This document shows positions 27,401 through 64,000 of a stretch of DNA of 64,000 nucleotides, in pieces. This stretch comes from Chrysomallon squamiferum (taxonomy: Eukaryota > Animalia > Mollusca), in assembly GCA_012295275.1 (NCBI GenBank), contig CM022671.1:992001-1056000 (forward strand), written 5' to 3'. The position numbers and the translations under genes are program-made. Positions within the stretch are counted from its first letter, which is position 1. Each line of letters opens with the position of its first letter. The notes under the pieces are model-generated. The model was not told where the DNA came from. It did no database searches and was given only the letters and a program-made list of their open reading frames with translations.

Positions 27401-27869
27401 ACGTTCTGAGTAAATTATTTAATCTTTTGTCATCATTTCCTCCTTCTCCGTCTATAAGTAGTCTCCTCTTTATGATATCATCTGAAAATATATCAAACAG
27501 AGATGTTTAACGTCACCAATGACGACTGCCTGAGTAACAGATATATACGGAAATTCTTTTCAGATGGCGTATCAAACATACACATAATCAGATAGAGTAT
27601 TAAACCTTGAAAAAAATAAAATAAAATTGTTGATAACTGGAAAACTGACTGGACTATGGCCTTTTTTTGTGTGGCCAAAATCAAATCATTAACTGAGAAA
27701 TATGCTCTTGAAGACTGTCCTTATGTATAGTCCTGAGGTCCATGCATTTTTAGACAACTCGTGTCATACAAATTTGAGAAAAATATCTACAGTTTCAGCA
27801 ATAATGAGCTAGCATTTATCAATGTTTTCCACTGTTTTTTTTTTTTCAGTTTAATAAGTGGCAGATCTA

Positions 27870-27903
<34 letters not shown>

Positions 27904-29588
27904 TTTTAATTTAACATAATTTATGTTTGAACTATAGATGCATTTTTAAAGTACTTAGAGTTATGTTATTGCATTTTAAGGTTGTTAAAACATCCCAGGG
28001 TACCGAAAAAGAAGAAAAAAAAGAGATTTGTCTAACAATTTCGAATAGCACAGTACATGCCTTGATTTTTTTCGTTTTAAGTATTTTAAATAATTAGTAG
28101 TAACAAGTTATATAGATATTGTGATGCATGTATATATATGTATGTGTGTGTATGTATGTATGTATGTATACATGTATGTATATGTGTATCTGCACACACC
28201 CATACACGTGGACAAAAATTCTGAAAACAAATAACATAGTTGGAAAGAGCTTGGAAACTCCTTTAAATGACAACAAGATCATGTGAATATGTTGAATATT
28301 AAGGAAGTAAAAATAGTTTCAAATCCAGTAATAGGCGCTTATTTTCATCCAGTTAAACACAGTTTAAGATAATAGAGGTTTGTGACCTGGAACTGTTACA
28401 TTTAAACATTTTTCAGTTGAATGACCTGAAACAACAAATCAACACAATACAATAGCATGTGCTTGTTTGATTTGTAAAGAGGCAGCCATTTTTGTTTTAG
28501 AATCCCAAGACATCCGAGACTCAAGACAATTATGGATGAAAAATTCCAAATAAACATTAGGAACATCTTTTCCCCATCATTTTTATGTAAGAACCAAGTA
28601 ATTTAAAAAGAATAAGTCAACATAATCCATCCTCAAACATAAGTCATTAAGCACGAAATCTGGTCCACCATGACTCTTTGGTGATCTGATGCTGAACTGA
28701 CCATGTTTCAAGCAGTCAAAGAGGAATTTGTGTTCAGTTTATTTTTTATTATACTTGGCATTGATATTATTATTTGTACTGTCCCATGATACATACATTT
28801 TTTTGTATGATAATCTACATATATGTAACCTACTTTATGTACATATTTTGTACTGGAATTTTATCAAGTAAATCAAAGAAGTTGTTTTTTTTTTTTTTTA
28901 ATTAAATTGTAAAAAATAAAATAAATAAATAAAGAGAAAAATAAAGAATTGAAAAGAATTACAGTGAACTCTAACAATTTTAATCCACTTCTAATAATTT
29001 GATGGAGCTTTGTTCATGTTGTCAAGTATCATACTTTTCATAGAATGATACACAATGAAATTGAAAGGAAACACAACGATGGGTTCTACAGCCAAGGTTA
29101 TTCTTTTGAGATAATCAACAAGAATTAGAATATTTTAAATGCATCTTCTAAAACAAAACACAAAACATGGTGACATATTATGGCAATTAATAAACCAGAC
29201 TGAGACTTGGAGTTGGAGCTAGCCCAAATAACATGCTAATTACATAAACCATAATTCTAAAAAGTCCATGCTGCTGATCTATAATATCTAATAATCATTA
29301 TAATTTATACATATAATGGTAATTACTAATTTCGTAATTAGTAAAATTAGCCTTGTAAAATGTAAACTTGATGCTGGTGTTGCACAGGATTTTCATGCTT
29401 ATAAAAAAAAATTATATTCATTACATTCAAAATATTGTTACTACAAAATCAACATCTTGTAGTTCTTAATACAATATTAAACACACACACGTACAAGTAC
29501 GCACAGACACACTCTCACACCCAGAGGTATCGTAATAACTATTTATCTTTTCACTTCAGCACATGTACTAACCATCCGATACCGCCAT
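24487..29588 (-). CDS. THOC7: THO complex subunit 7 (190 aa, 8 coding exons); largely missed by the ORF track
   Basis: Exons 29573-29588, 27364-27481, 26958-27085, 26363-26449, 25820-25877, 25316-25382, 24897-24966 and 24487-24515 total 573 nt. Translation MAVSDDDIIKRRLLIDGEGGNDDKRLNNLLRTFVRWCN...LAQCEF...QQAKRIRKNRQQYDALAKIIQQHPDRQET...KLDLRRKQFLVLITAIHELQ matches the THOC7 family throughout. Confidence 0.95.
28127..28190. repeat. Imperfect (TATG)n/(TG)n simple repeat in THOC7 intron 1
   Basis: atgtatatatatgtatgtgtgtgtatgtatgtatgtatgtata read directly. Confidence 0.8.
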
Positions 29589-29858
29589 TTTGAGTTACTT
29601 AGTGGATCTCTTCTATCATGCAACAAAATAAACAAAAACACTATTTTCATCAAATTTGGATTAATAGAAATATCAGGAGAAAGAAAACATAATATGAGAA
29701 CATACATTAAGCCTTAATGATATATCTCTGGATTGTGTCCAGAAATATTTCTATTTTTGTGTATGTAGTTAGCGGAAGTATATTGATACGATTAAATCCG
29801 ATTGTGATGTCAGGTTCGGGCATTTACGGATCGGCAGAAAGCAACAAGAAACTACAAA
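29589..29858. promoter_or_regulatory. Compact bidirectional promoter shared by THOC7 and ATXN7
   Basis: Only 270 bp separate the two divergent ATGs (29588 on -, 29859 on +). Both ATGs lie in a CAAAATGGCG YY1-like context. An ETS-like GCGGAAGT is at about 29772-29779. Confidence 0.75.
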
Positions 29859-41737
<11,879 letters not shown>

Positions 41738-44700
41738 CACATTGCTGACTTGCAACTGGCCAGTGGACTGCTTGTAATAATTTCTCTTTTTGTTTCTCTC
41801 TAGTGGTTTGTTTCTCAGAACTGCTTGTGATAATGTTATTGGTGTTTTTCTTTTCATATTTCCTTTTTTTCCTTTTTTTTTTATTTATTTTTTTTTAATG
41901 TATGAATTTATATTTTTATACATGTGTATTATTATTATTTTTTTTTTTTCTTCCTTTTTTTTTTTTGTCTGTGCTCATGTGATAGGATTCTTGTAGTGTG
42001 CAGTTAGCTCTGTTAGATAAATTTATTTAACCGGCAAATATGAAGCTCAACTTGACAGTTAACAGTATCATGACACTGTGCTTTAAAAAAAATAATAATT
42101 CTGGGAAAATTTGAGACACTACACTGTGTTTTAAAATTTAAAAAAAAAAAAATGTTTTAAACAGTTCTGGGAAGTTTTGAGACAATCAGTCAATAACACA
42201 CACACACGTACACATCAGTATACTCACTGCTGTAAAACAGCGCTGTTTAATAACACATCCTAAAACTGTACTATAAAACATTTCAGATAGGAAAACCGGT
42301 TTTGTTTGTTTATGACCAATGTGTATAAAGTTATTTATAAATTCTGACTGGTAGATGCTGTAATTTTCACCATGGAAATGTTAAACAAATAGATTATATT
42401 ACTATTTATTATTATTGCTGGTTGAAATATATATATATTTTTATTCTGAGTACATAAATGACATGAATTGTTAATATTTTAGTCTCACTGGAAAACTGAA
42501 AGCATAATACCTGTCAAGTAATGTAGAACTGTGAAGTTTTTGTTGAAAGAAAAACAAAACAGCTGTCATGTATGTTTTGTTGATTCGAAGTATCAGTGAA
42601 TACACATGTACCCCACTAACAAATAATTTTATATCCTCAGATTACATTGTGATGAATGGTTATATAACTATTTATATTTACATGGATTTGTTCATTTTGA
42701 AAAATTACAATTATAAAGAAATATATTTTCTGTAGAGTAGGAAATAAGCAATAAGTAAATAAAGATTTACCTATTTAAGATAAACAAAATATTCATAATA
42801 ATTTTCTGTTTTGAATTTAGTGAACTCCCATAATAATTTAATTTTGATAAATTACATCCAGGAAATTTTGAAGCATCTTTAGAAATCATTTTTGTTTTAT
42901 ATTTCCAGCACTATTTAATCAAATGTGATTTTTAATACTTTTTTTAAAAATCATTTTAAATATTTAATGTTAACTGTCCATAAAATGACAAAATATATTG
43001 TCATCAGAAATTCAAAACTAAATGCATGCTGGAGGTTATGTTATAGATAAACTGGAAAATATTTTATTTACTTCTACTTATTTGACTGATCATAAATTTT
43101 TATCATATTTAGGTTGTAATTTTTACATCTTCTAGTCATATTTAATTTTTAAATAATAATGTTTTCTCATATCCCTGCAGGTTTCAGTTAATTTGTTGTT
43201 TTTCTTATATCACATTTGTATAATTGATGGATTAAGTACTTAAATGTTTGTATACAGAACATGCATACAGTAAACTACCATTATCTTTGTTGAGACAGTG
43301 AACTTATAATATTTATTTTCAAAAATTAGTTTTGTCAAAATATTTTTGTGTTATTTAATTTTAAAATAATTTAAAAGATTCTGTTTTTTATTTATTTTCT
43401 GCTATGTAAAAAATCTTGTTTGTTAGTGGGGTGTAGACTGACAAAACCAAAATGAAACTTTTACTGTTTGAACTTTTGTTTTGATTTAATTGTTATTAAT
43501 TGTGATGTTTTCATTAACAATGTTTTAATTTATTACAGCCCAAAGGACAATATTTTTTTTTTTTTTTTAATTTTTCATATTTATATTATTTATAACTGTT
43601 GATATTAGGAGATTACTATGTTCTATGCATTACAAAATCAAAAGCCATATTGGAGAATTCATTTCACAAAGGACACACCATTAACGTGTCTAAAGGGTAC
43701 TACAGTCATCTTTGAATCTCAGTACTTAAATGAAAGATTGTTTGATTTTTTTATAAATAAAAACTCAGATATCCATGTCCATTGATTTTTTTTTTTAATT
43801 ATTAAAAAAACCAACAATAAAAAATAATAATAATAAAAAAAATTTAAATAAATAAATTAAAAATTGAAAAAGAAGGAAAGTAAAAATAAAACATTCCAGT
43901 TCCTAATTCATAGAGTACTGCTGACAACTAGGCTGTATTTATTTATTTGATAAACAGCACCACAAAAACATCTGTGTGCAGTGCTGTTCGGAGAACAAAC
44001 TTACTTCTTTCCACATATTTTGTACATAAGATGGAATTTTCAGAAATCATTTCAATGGGAGAGTGTTTTCACATGTCATAATATTATATCCTGTTGTTTG
44101 CAAGGTTAGTGCCTACCCATGAGTGAGAGGAAATCTGAGTGCTATTTGTCTGGAAGTGTATTTGTTTTCAGACATATTTTTCTTATTGGTGTAGAGTATA
44201 TGGTCCTATTTCTGACATGTACTTGTAGGCAAGGCTGTGTTAACTGTGATGTCATAATGGTATTATCTTTATATATGTATGTATTTATCTTCATAACTTC
44301 CATGGCAGTGCTAGCTGTTAACAAGGCAACACTGACAGAAAAAAGCACCATACAAGAGTGAAATGTTGCCACGACAATGTGCCGTTATTTGGAGGCCTTT
44401 TCAACGAGACATGATGTTAAAGAAGAGATTGGATAGAAAAAAAATAAAAAAAAATTTGTTTTCTTTACTTAGTTTAATTATGATAACAATTAGTAACTAT
44501 ATTGTAATTGTTAATTTATTTAAATTAAAATTTGTTTTGTGAAAAAAAGAATCATTAAATAATAAAATAGAAAATGAATAGTTTTAACTATCATGAATTT
44601 AAATGCTTTTTTATTAAGCATGAAATTAAATTGAATATAGCTTTGAATAATTTTATTTTATACATGAAACCTTTGTAAAATCAGTCTCTAGTTTAATAAT

Positions 44701-45466
44701 AAAAAAAACCCATAAATATAAGATGAAAATGACATTATTACTGAATCAAAATTCTGTTTCATTAAAGCCATATTTAAATTTTATATGCTCTAAAAATTTA
44801 TACTTTCAAAAAAAAAAAAAAAAAAAAAACTTTCGTTAATGTTATTTTATATTATTTTATTAATATCCTGATTATTATATTCATTATTTTATATATTATT
44901 TTTTGAGCTATTAACATAGTTATTTTTAGATTTTTTTATTCTTATTATTTCATTTACTATTATTACAATGAAACTAAAAATGAAATGAATGCTTCCAGTA
45001 TCTCTCCGATGTCATGTCTCTTTATCATTAATTGTCTCATGAACTACTGTTATCAAGGAGACATAAAATTGTTGATGCAATCTGTTTGTTCTAATTTATC
45101 ATCTACCACAGGTGGTAGATCAACTCATTATGTCACAACATCGTGGTGACAAAAACAGAGCAGTTTGCTCAGTAACAAATGGTGATAATACTTGATTTGT
45201 TATCAGGGAGTATAAAATAAAAGAATTATAAATATATAAATTGTATCACAGACACAACTGATATGCATATATGTCTTGATACCGAATAGCAATTTCTATG
45301 AATATTTGTTTATATATGTTTTTTTTTTGTTTTTTTTTCTACATACCATTGTATATTGATATGCTTTACTGGTTATAAAAAATTTAAAATCTTCAATATA
45401 ACAAATGAATTGAATAAATTTACATCTGCATAAAGTTACTGTGGTATTTGTTTTTGAATTAGGTAA

Positions 45467-45712
45467 AGAAGAAGTGCTTTTTTTTTCTTTTTTTTTCCCC
45501 TTTTTTTGATGATTTAAAAATAAAATGTGGATGTCGGAAAAGCACCAGATAATGAGAGGAGAATTATACTGCTACACAATGGCTACTTTTTGGATTAGCT
45601 GAAGACATTTTTATGTGCACATTTCCACAGACATGATAAACAGTTACAGAGTCTGGCTGAAAAAGCAAATACACCCAGGAAGAATGATCATGTCTCACAT
45701 TCTAACCACTGC
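45467..45712. mobile_element. Degenerate SINE-like interspersed repeat between the ATXN7 and KDM5 3' ends
   Basis: Higher-complexity island (cagataatgagaggag...ggctactttttggattagc...tttttatgtgcacatttccacagacatgata...ctggctg...ctaaccactg). It resembles, from memory only, an abundant gastropod repeat; not verified by search. Confidence 0.4.
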
Positions 45713-48700
45713 AGTGTTGGATTGGAGAGAATACACAATAAGTTCCAGATTACTAGAATAGTAAAAAAAAAAAAAAAAAAAAAAAAATTATTTATTATAT
45801 CTTTTAATCAGTTACTCTAATAATAATTCTGGCCATATCTAATTCAGGTAAGTCAAAATCTTATTAGAGAGAAAAAAATATTGTTTTAAAAACAATTTAA
45901 CTTGCTTTGCAGTTATTTTGCACTCATTATAAATTGGTATTAAATTGTAACTTTGTGAACTTCATGGGCTGATTTTTGCTACAAATATATGTCACTAAAC
46001 ATTTGCATTAAATATAATAATGTTCATTAGAGTAAAATTATTTACTAATTAAACACTTTAAAAAAATCTATTTTAGAGTTACAATAAAAACATTTGTAAG
46101 GAAAAGTCTATTATTAGTTTATGATATTAAGTAGGCCCTTAAAACCTGTAGCAAATGGTATCTTTGCCATTACTCTAGAGATCTAGTAATGATGACCAGG
46201 AAATTTCAGTATATTGTGAATGGAAAATAAAACTTTAGGATCTGTAGATATAAGTTGCTGTTTTATGCAGTTTCAGTCATAACTGAATAACATACAATTC
46301 TGCAGAATTTTAGAACTGTTCTGATTCTAAAACATTTGTGTTTAAATATAACAATAAAAGAACACTTTTAAATGGAGGTAGTAGTAATTTCATTCTTAAA
46401 ACATGGTAAATCAGACAACTAAAAAAAAATTAAAAATTAAAATTGCCTATTTCAAGCAATATAAAAAGTATAATACAGGAAGGGTTATCTCCCTTCGGCT
46501 GCAACAAAAACAGTCTCCATTTGATTTTCTTATTATGGAACCTTTAAAAAAAAAAAAAAAAAAAAAAAAAACAACTATGAATTATTGTCTACATTAATCA
46601 TTATTATTGTTAATTTAAAAGAAAACGTTTCAGCTGTATCAGAGCACAGTAACAGCTGTCAGAGTTAAATCATGTATGCACATGAACCTGCACTGGAATG
46701 CACAGTCCACACACAACACATGCACTGCTTTTCTGTCATTATTTATCTGTCCTTGAATTTGGATTCAATATGGAGGGCTGATCCTGTATTACATTAGGCA
46801 ACTACTTTTACCACAGATATAATATACCCATCACACATTTCCTAAATTCATAAATATTTTAACTTTTAAAAAAAATAAAGAATAAAATATTAATTATGAA
46901 AAGGAAAATGGAAAAACATGCTTTAATCAAAATCATATTTTGTTTCCTGATAATAATGAAAAGGCCTTGTTAAACCCCACAATTATCTGCCATCTTTTCC
47001 TTTGCACCAAATTAAAAATGAATGAACTTTTGCAAACCCAAATCTGATTCACGAACAATTTCATTTTGGAGGCATTGTGTATTTATCTTCCACAGAATTT
47101 GTATCAATAGTACAGTTTTACATTCACAATGATTTTATCCTTTAAAACAAGATGAATAAGCTCATTGTGGCTTCATTGTTGAATTAAATTGGAATTTTAA
47201 TTGGATCTAACTCATTACAAACAGTTTTTTCTTTCTTTCAGAACTGATTCTTGTTAAATTTAACTATTAACTTCTTTATTTGCTGTAATTATCCCCAAAC
47301 GTATTTTTTTTTTAAAAATTCAATTAATCACTTAACAAAATATCAAAGAAGCAAATAATCTCAATCTCCCAATTAAAAATAATCAGAAAAAACAACAACT
47401 GTGAAAGTTTTGTTTTATTTTTGTACACAATATGTAATAACCAGATGTATGGCAGACATACTGTGGTTGTATCAAACAGCACTTAAAATACAAACATTGC
47501 TTGGCTCAACCAAAGAAAACAAAAGGAACAAAGCTATTAATTCTTTTTTTAGGTAACATAAATTCTAAAATGTAAGTAAGTACAAGTATATATACTTAAT
47601 TGAATTAACTTTTGTACCTCAAGTACAAAAACAAAACCAAGAAAAGAAAAAAACAGAAAAACAACAAAAAGCTTTAAAAGCAAAGAAGCAAATTTTACAA
47701 ATAACCTCCATCAAAAAGCTTTGCAGAAAGTTAACAAAACTATTCAATATCAAATTAGCTGAATAAAAAAGATTTCACACACATGTATACACATATATAT
47801 TATATATTTGTAAGATATGAATGCTAATCTACATTACAACCCTCCAACCGTAGCTACGAATGTTGTACCTATTCCCAATATCCATCATCGTAACAGATCT
47901 TTACAAAATCAGTATATATGAAGAAAAAGGATTTAGACCATTCAAAATTCTAGTTTTTAATAAACTTTTAAAGTGTCTTAACTAAGTTTTGGCTACTGTC
48001 AATCAAGTAAAATATTAACTAATTTCTGACATTCATGTTGTCAAAAGTCCAGAACATATGCTTTATGTAAAACAGTAATAAAAATAAAAATAACAGATCA
48101 GAAAAACACGTTTTAGCCTATTTTTATTTTTAAAATCTTTTTTCAAATGTATGAACTTATTATTAAATTAAGTGTTACAAGTATTATAGCTACAGCAGTA
48201 TTTTTGCAACTTAGTATCCAAACAACTAAATCATTCTTCCTTTCTACTCTAAGGATGGTAAAACAATACACAAAGACTTAAACACAACAACGAAAATGAC
48301 AACATTTAAACAATATTAGGTTTAATATGGTATCCTTGTATGAATAAAGATATGTACAAAAAGCAAAAGAAACATAAAATTAAATATGAAAAGTGTTTAG
48401 TGTATTCCAACAGGGTGGTATAAAGAAAGGAAAAGATGAAAGAAAGAAAATTATTTGATTTAAAAACATAATAAATCATTTAGTAATGAAAAGAGAAGTC
48501 ACTGCATTAATTTGAAAACTTGTCAAACTGCTTGGTAAGCAAAGAAACCATGTTTGAGGTAGATCCTAAAATCACTCTCACCAACATGGACACTGGTATG
48601 ACAGAATTCACTACATCCATAAAAACATGGAGAAAAAAGCTGTCAATTTTTTTCACAAATGCTATCAATGAAATATGTAATTTTCATACCAGAGTGCACC

Positions 48701-49902
48701 ATCCATTTTAATGCACACAAGTAATGAATCTTTTACCTCAGAACAAATATTTAATCCTGTCGTAATGCAGTACTGAATTCGTTTTATACAAATATTTGTA
48801 TTAAGCAAATATGAAGAAAAAAGAAAAAAAAATTGTATTAAATTAAGAGGATTATTAGTTGAGTAACTACAAAAATAAAGATATATAGATGATATATCTG
48901 AACAACTATGACAAATGTCCACTACATTTAAGAAAAAGTATGAGTTGTACAAACGTAGCATCAAAAACAGCATGAAGCAGAACTATTACTCTGCTTTAAA
49001 AATAGTGTGATCTTTAAACATTCTTTCTGCAGTACAATACTCTTCTTAAATGTAACATGAATATGAAATGAGTGAATTTCATTTTAAATATGATGTATAA
49101 CAATTCAGCTGTTATGTTGCAGTGCAGCACTCCTGTAATACAGAATTAGTATAAAGAAGTCCAATACATTAATGATTTAAAAATAAACTAAAAGTACATC
49201 TGTTACATACAAGCAAATAATTAAATTACATGTATATTGTCAGAGCACAAACAATGATGCCTGTGGACAAAGAAAACTAGCTCAACACTTAAACACAACT
49301 ATTAATATTGTTCAGTGGCAGAAAGGTCAGAGGGTTATAGAAAACATAGTGACATCTAGTTTTTGGTACAGGCTATTTACATTTCTGCAGCTGTGAAAGG
49401 CTGGTTCAGTTATGATCATCCATCCATTTGTCCAAACTTGTGGCAAAAAACTAAATATTTTTTAAACTCATCAGTAAAAGATAACAAAAATATTCATCTT
49501 ATTCTTTGACAGATGTTTGAAAATAAACCTGATTATGATGGTTAATGGTTGTAAATAATGCTATTGAAATTAAATGAAAATAGATGGCAAAATAGTTAAA
49601 TGATTCTGTATAAATAAACTTTTCTATTTGCATTAAATATCAACATATGATCTTTAATTTGCTGCTTTAAAGGATAATTAACACACAAAATTAAAACTGT
49701 CTGCACATTAAAAAAATAAATAAATAAAATAATAATAATGTTTGTTTTTGTTTTTTTTTTTTTTTTTTCAAAAAAGTTGTCCATACTGTATTCTTTTATT
49801 CTAAACCAAGAAAAAAAACTAAGTCAAAAGTTTTCAAGTGATGAATTTTCAACAGGCCACTGACTAGAAAGCTTGGTTTGAAAAGATGAAGATTCAGCCA
49901 AA

Positions 49903-62514
<12,612 letters not shown>

Positions 62515-64000
62515 CTGAAAATTAAAATATTTATAAATTAGCTTATTTTATTCCGAATGAAACTAAAAATATATTTAAAAAAATAAAAATAATAAAATTT
62601 TCTTTTTTTGCCAGATTTTTTTTTTTCTCGATTTGATGACAGAAATGAAGATATAATAAAAAGTCAAAAATCAATAAAATAAAATGAAAAAATCCCCAAA
62701 AAACAAAAACTTGTTTACATAAAATATTTAGGTTTTTTTGTTGTTTTTTCTGCAAACAAATGTAACTAATTTTGTATTATTCAAATATATTGACAGTGAT
62801 GATATTAAGTATGTAGCAGTAAGCAGATTTAACAGGATTTTTTTATAAATTGTAGATATATATTTTGTGGTTGAATTTTTTTTTTCTATAACCCAAACCA
62901 TTTATATTTATCACGGTGTCAGTTTAACATCAGTAATGGCTGCCCATAACCTATTTTCAGCTGCTACTTTAATATTAATGACACTATTGAAAAAAATAAA
63001 AAAAATATTACTATCAAATTTAACTGAATTTGTTTTCATTTTTGTCCAAACTGTTTAATTGTTTAATGTTTTTTTTGCTTAAAATATAAATCATAATCAA
63101 TTCTTTTGCATAAAATATACAACAAAATTATACAATGTTTTTATTCCTGCCCATATTATTTTACTATTTAACAGTAACTCTTTATTAATAATACAATAAA
63201 TTAACTGTAATTATGTATAAACAAGTTGATAAAAATTTTACCCACATAAAATATAGTCTGGTAATATAGAAATTTTATTATCTTTTATACAAATTATTTA
63301 TGTAATTTAGATTTAACTTGAAAATGACAGAATTACAAATTTACAAGATGTAGCTTTATAATACTGAAATAAATATATTATTTTTTAATTTTCTGTAAAA
63401 TAATTGTAACATTCAATTCTAAATATATACCATGTATAACATCTGATGCTATATTAACAAATGTAATTACCCCATGCAACAGTTATGATCATCAGACATT
63501 TATGCATTCTATATATATAATGTTAATATTTAATGTTAGTCTTATTTTTAACGCAAATTTTATACATTATAAATATAATAAACTGTATAAAATACAAATG
63601 AGAAAACCTGATAATCCCTTCAAAGCCAAAGTAACAAAGAATTTATCATTAAATATAAAATTATATTTCTTTTTATTAAAATTAAAATATATCACTTAAA
63701 AATCTTAAAATACTGAATTATTATTATTTTTTATGTTGAATTTAAAGGCAAAAAAAAAAAAATAAAAAAAAATAAAAAATAAATAATGTTTTTGCCTCTA
63801 TTAAAACTCCATTACTGGTAAGCAAATATTAACTTCTTTTATTAATCTGTAAATAACAGAAGAGAATAGCCAGGGATTGCTGTCAACAGAAATTCTGGTG
63901 CATAAAACAATCTGTTATACAGACAAATAAATTAAAATTAAAATGAAATAGTATCTACCTGATCCTAACAAATCCTCACAAAAATTACAAAAATATATCT

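Noticed and set aside
41738-49902. Hidden gene between ATXN7 and KDM5
   Set aside because: Only short ORFs without motifs or coherent exon chains; consistent with two long AT-rich 3' UTRs plus a short intergenic gap.

Overview
This is AT-rich, intron-containing eukaryotic DNA from an invertebrate animal. A gastropod mollusc is my best guess, based on protein style and a degenerate repeat near 45.5 kb. I reconstructed six genes by hand from splice sites and reading phase. (1) The 3' part of an NWD1/NWD2-like NACHT-WD40 STAND NTPase, as one exon of >4.4 kb (+), ending in a CaaX motif. (2) Class I fructose-bisphosphate aldolase (-, 7 coding exons, 363 aa). (3) SMARCB1/SNF5 (+, 10 coding exons, 377 aa). 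(4) THOC7 (-, 8 exons, 190 aa). (5) An ataxin-7/Sgf73 homolog (+, 11 exons, 985 aa), head-to-head with THOC7 across 270 bp. (6) Most of a KDM5/JARID1/Lid H3K4 demethylase (-, 5' end off-window). The most notable signals are the THOC7-ATXN7 divergent pair (also neighbours in human), a possibly prenylated NACHT-WD40 protein, a +1 frameshift in the KDM5 PHD1 exon, a GC-AG intron, a long acidic KDM5 tail, a ~120-nt hairpin-forming element duplicated in two KDM5 introns, YY1/TISU-like motifs on three start codons, and a CpG mosaic suggesting gene-body methylation. I found no CRISPR array, rRNA, tRNA or intact transposon. Nothing here proves a wholly new biological system; the findings are leads.
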